This document shows positions 63,601-64,000 of a stretch of DNA of 64,000 nt, piece by piece. The translations under genes and the position numbers were made by a program. The notes beneath the pieces were generated by a model. The model was not told the origin of the DNA, ran no database searches, and was given only the letters and a program-made list of their open reading frames with translations. The stretch comes from Catajapyx aquilonaris. Lineage: Eukaryota. The number at the start of each line of letters is the position of its first letter. Within the stretch, counting starts at the first letter, position 1. The stretch lies in NCBI GenBank assembly GCA_000934665.2, contig KZ538299.1, forward strand, positions 1 through 64,000, given 5' to 3'.

Positions 63601-63912
63601 TCAAAGCTCGTATATGTTTTACAACACCATTGATTTCTGTTGCATTTTTGTTATTATTTTAAAATTGGTGCAATAAGCAAATCGATTTGGCATTTTATGT
63701 ACCTTCCCGCAGTTTGGTAGAAACACTGCCATGGTCTCCGCAGAGTCGTCAGCTGCTGTGTCCCATGCTGCGAAAATTAGTCGCGTGCTTCTCATCGCCT
63801 GCACCCTGTCCCATGGGGGTGTCCCTCCGGGGTCAGGGTTGAATCCAGGGGCAGGGACGAACCTCAGCTGGTGTCCGGGGCCTAAGACCGAGGCTGTCAC
63901 GGTCAAAGATGA
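54689..63912 (-). CDS. Large single-pass membrane protein: Cys-rich / REJ (PKD1-like) / GAIN-GPS / S-T-rich mucin stalk / SEA-like / TM / ~100-aa tail; 5' end outside the window
   Basis: REJ motifs LVLDTSGSSDLD..VTYSWEC, YTFVVTVSKG and PPQPGSFRVEPNDGESLRTVFKFSARGW; GPS CLWWNKESWSEESC...CMCRNIGYFGVF; 764-aa S/T/G exon; RVYKGSIIV; TM AAIIGGVTGGVVILLIVVVSIAVFIY followed by KRKRKRR; last exon 54689-54955. Confidence 0.8.
55026..55283. mobile_element. MITE family 2, copy 1 (imperfect ~50-bp TIRs, TA at both ends)
   Basis: TAGATGAATTTTTT..CGCAACCGAGTGCCCACC at the left and GGGTGCGCACTCGGTTGCG..AAAAAAATTATCTA at the right. Homologous to 62088-62296. Confidence 0.75.
56745..56945 (-). repeat. 36-bp coding tandem repeat (TASGTAQDTTGS)x~5 in the mucin exon
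   Basis: Repeated GTGTCTTGTGCTGTACCACTTGCAGTACTTCCTGTT units on the + strand. Confidence 0.9.
60940..61160. repeat. Intronic minisatellite, core GTACTGACTTGTAGACAGTACAT x~6
   Basis: Degenerate direct repeats within REJ-gene intron 60867-61205. Confidence 0.8.
62088..62296. mobile_element. MITE family 2, copy 2 (opposite orientation to copy 1)
   Basis: GATGATTTTTTTTACGAGCTCAATCGAGTGCGCACTC at the left and GCGAACTGTGGTGCGCACTCGGTT..TAAAAAAATCC at the right. Confidence 0.75.
63121..63245. mobile_element. MITE family 2, short hairpin copy 3
   Basis: TTTACGAGCTCAGCCAAGTGCGCACCCACACTCGC at the left and GCGAGTGTGGGTGCGCACTCGGTTGCGATCGTAAA at the right. Confidence 0.75.
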
Positions 63913-64000
63913 CCTGGAACAGATTGTTAAAAGGTGGGAACAAACAAACAATATTGTTTGTCCAGGCTTTTGTTCGTCGTACCTTTGCGAAGAAGAGTCA

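Overview
Compact, intron-rich eukaryotic DNA, most likely from an arthropod (inferred from the Ddc, FKBP12 and COX4 sequences; many introns are 50-80 nt). I rebuilt 14 protein-coding gene models by hand from splice sites. In order: GM130/golgin A2 (5' part outside the window), CFAP47, a flavin polyamine oxidase, Dopa decarboxylase, a 10-finger C2H2 protein, a CCDC83-like coiled-coil protein, COX4, SYS1, a 5'-nucleotidase-family protein, FKBP12, CEP192/Spd-2, two tandem ADAM10/17-like genes, and a large REJ-GPS-mucin-SEA single-pass membrane protein (5' part outside the window). Repeats include a 25-bp satellite, two MITE families, two tRNA-derived SINEs and a DDE transposase relic. The best candidate for an undescribed system is the minus-strand cluster at 48-64 kb. 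It holds two ADAM10-like pseudoproteases that have lost all zinc ligands, keep only a disintegrin stub, appear GPI-anchored and share a near-identical tract suggesting gene conversion. They lie about 330 bp downstream of a polycystin/REJ-like receptor whose GPS cleavage site is dead but whose SEA-type G|SIIV site is intact. Family calls are from recalled motifs, not database searches.
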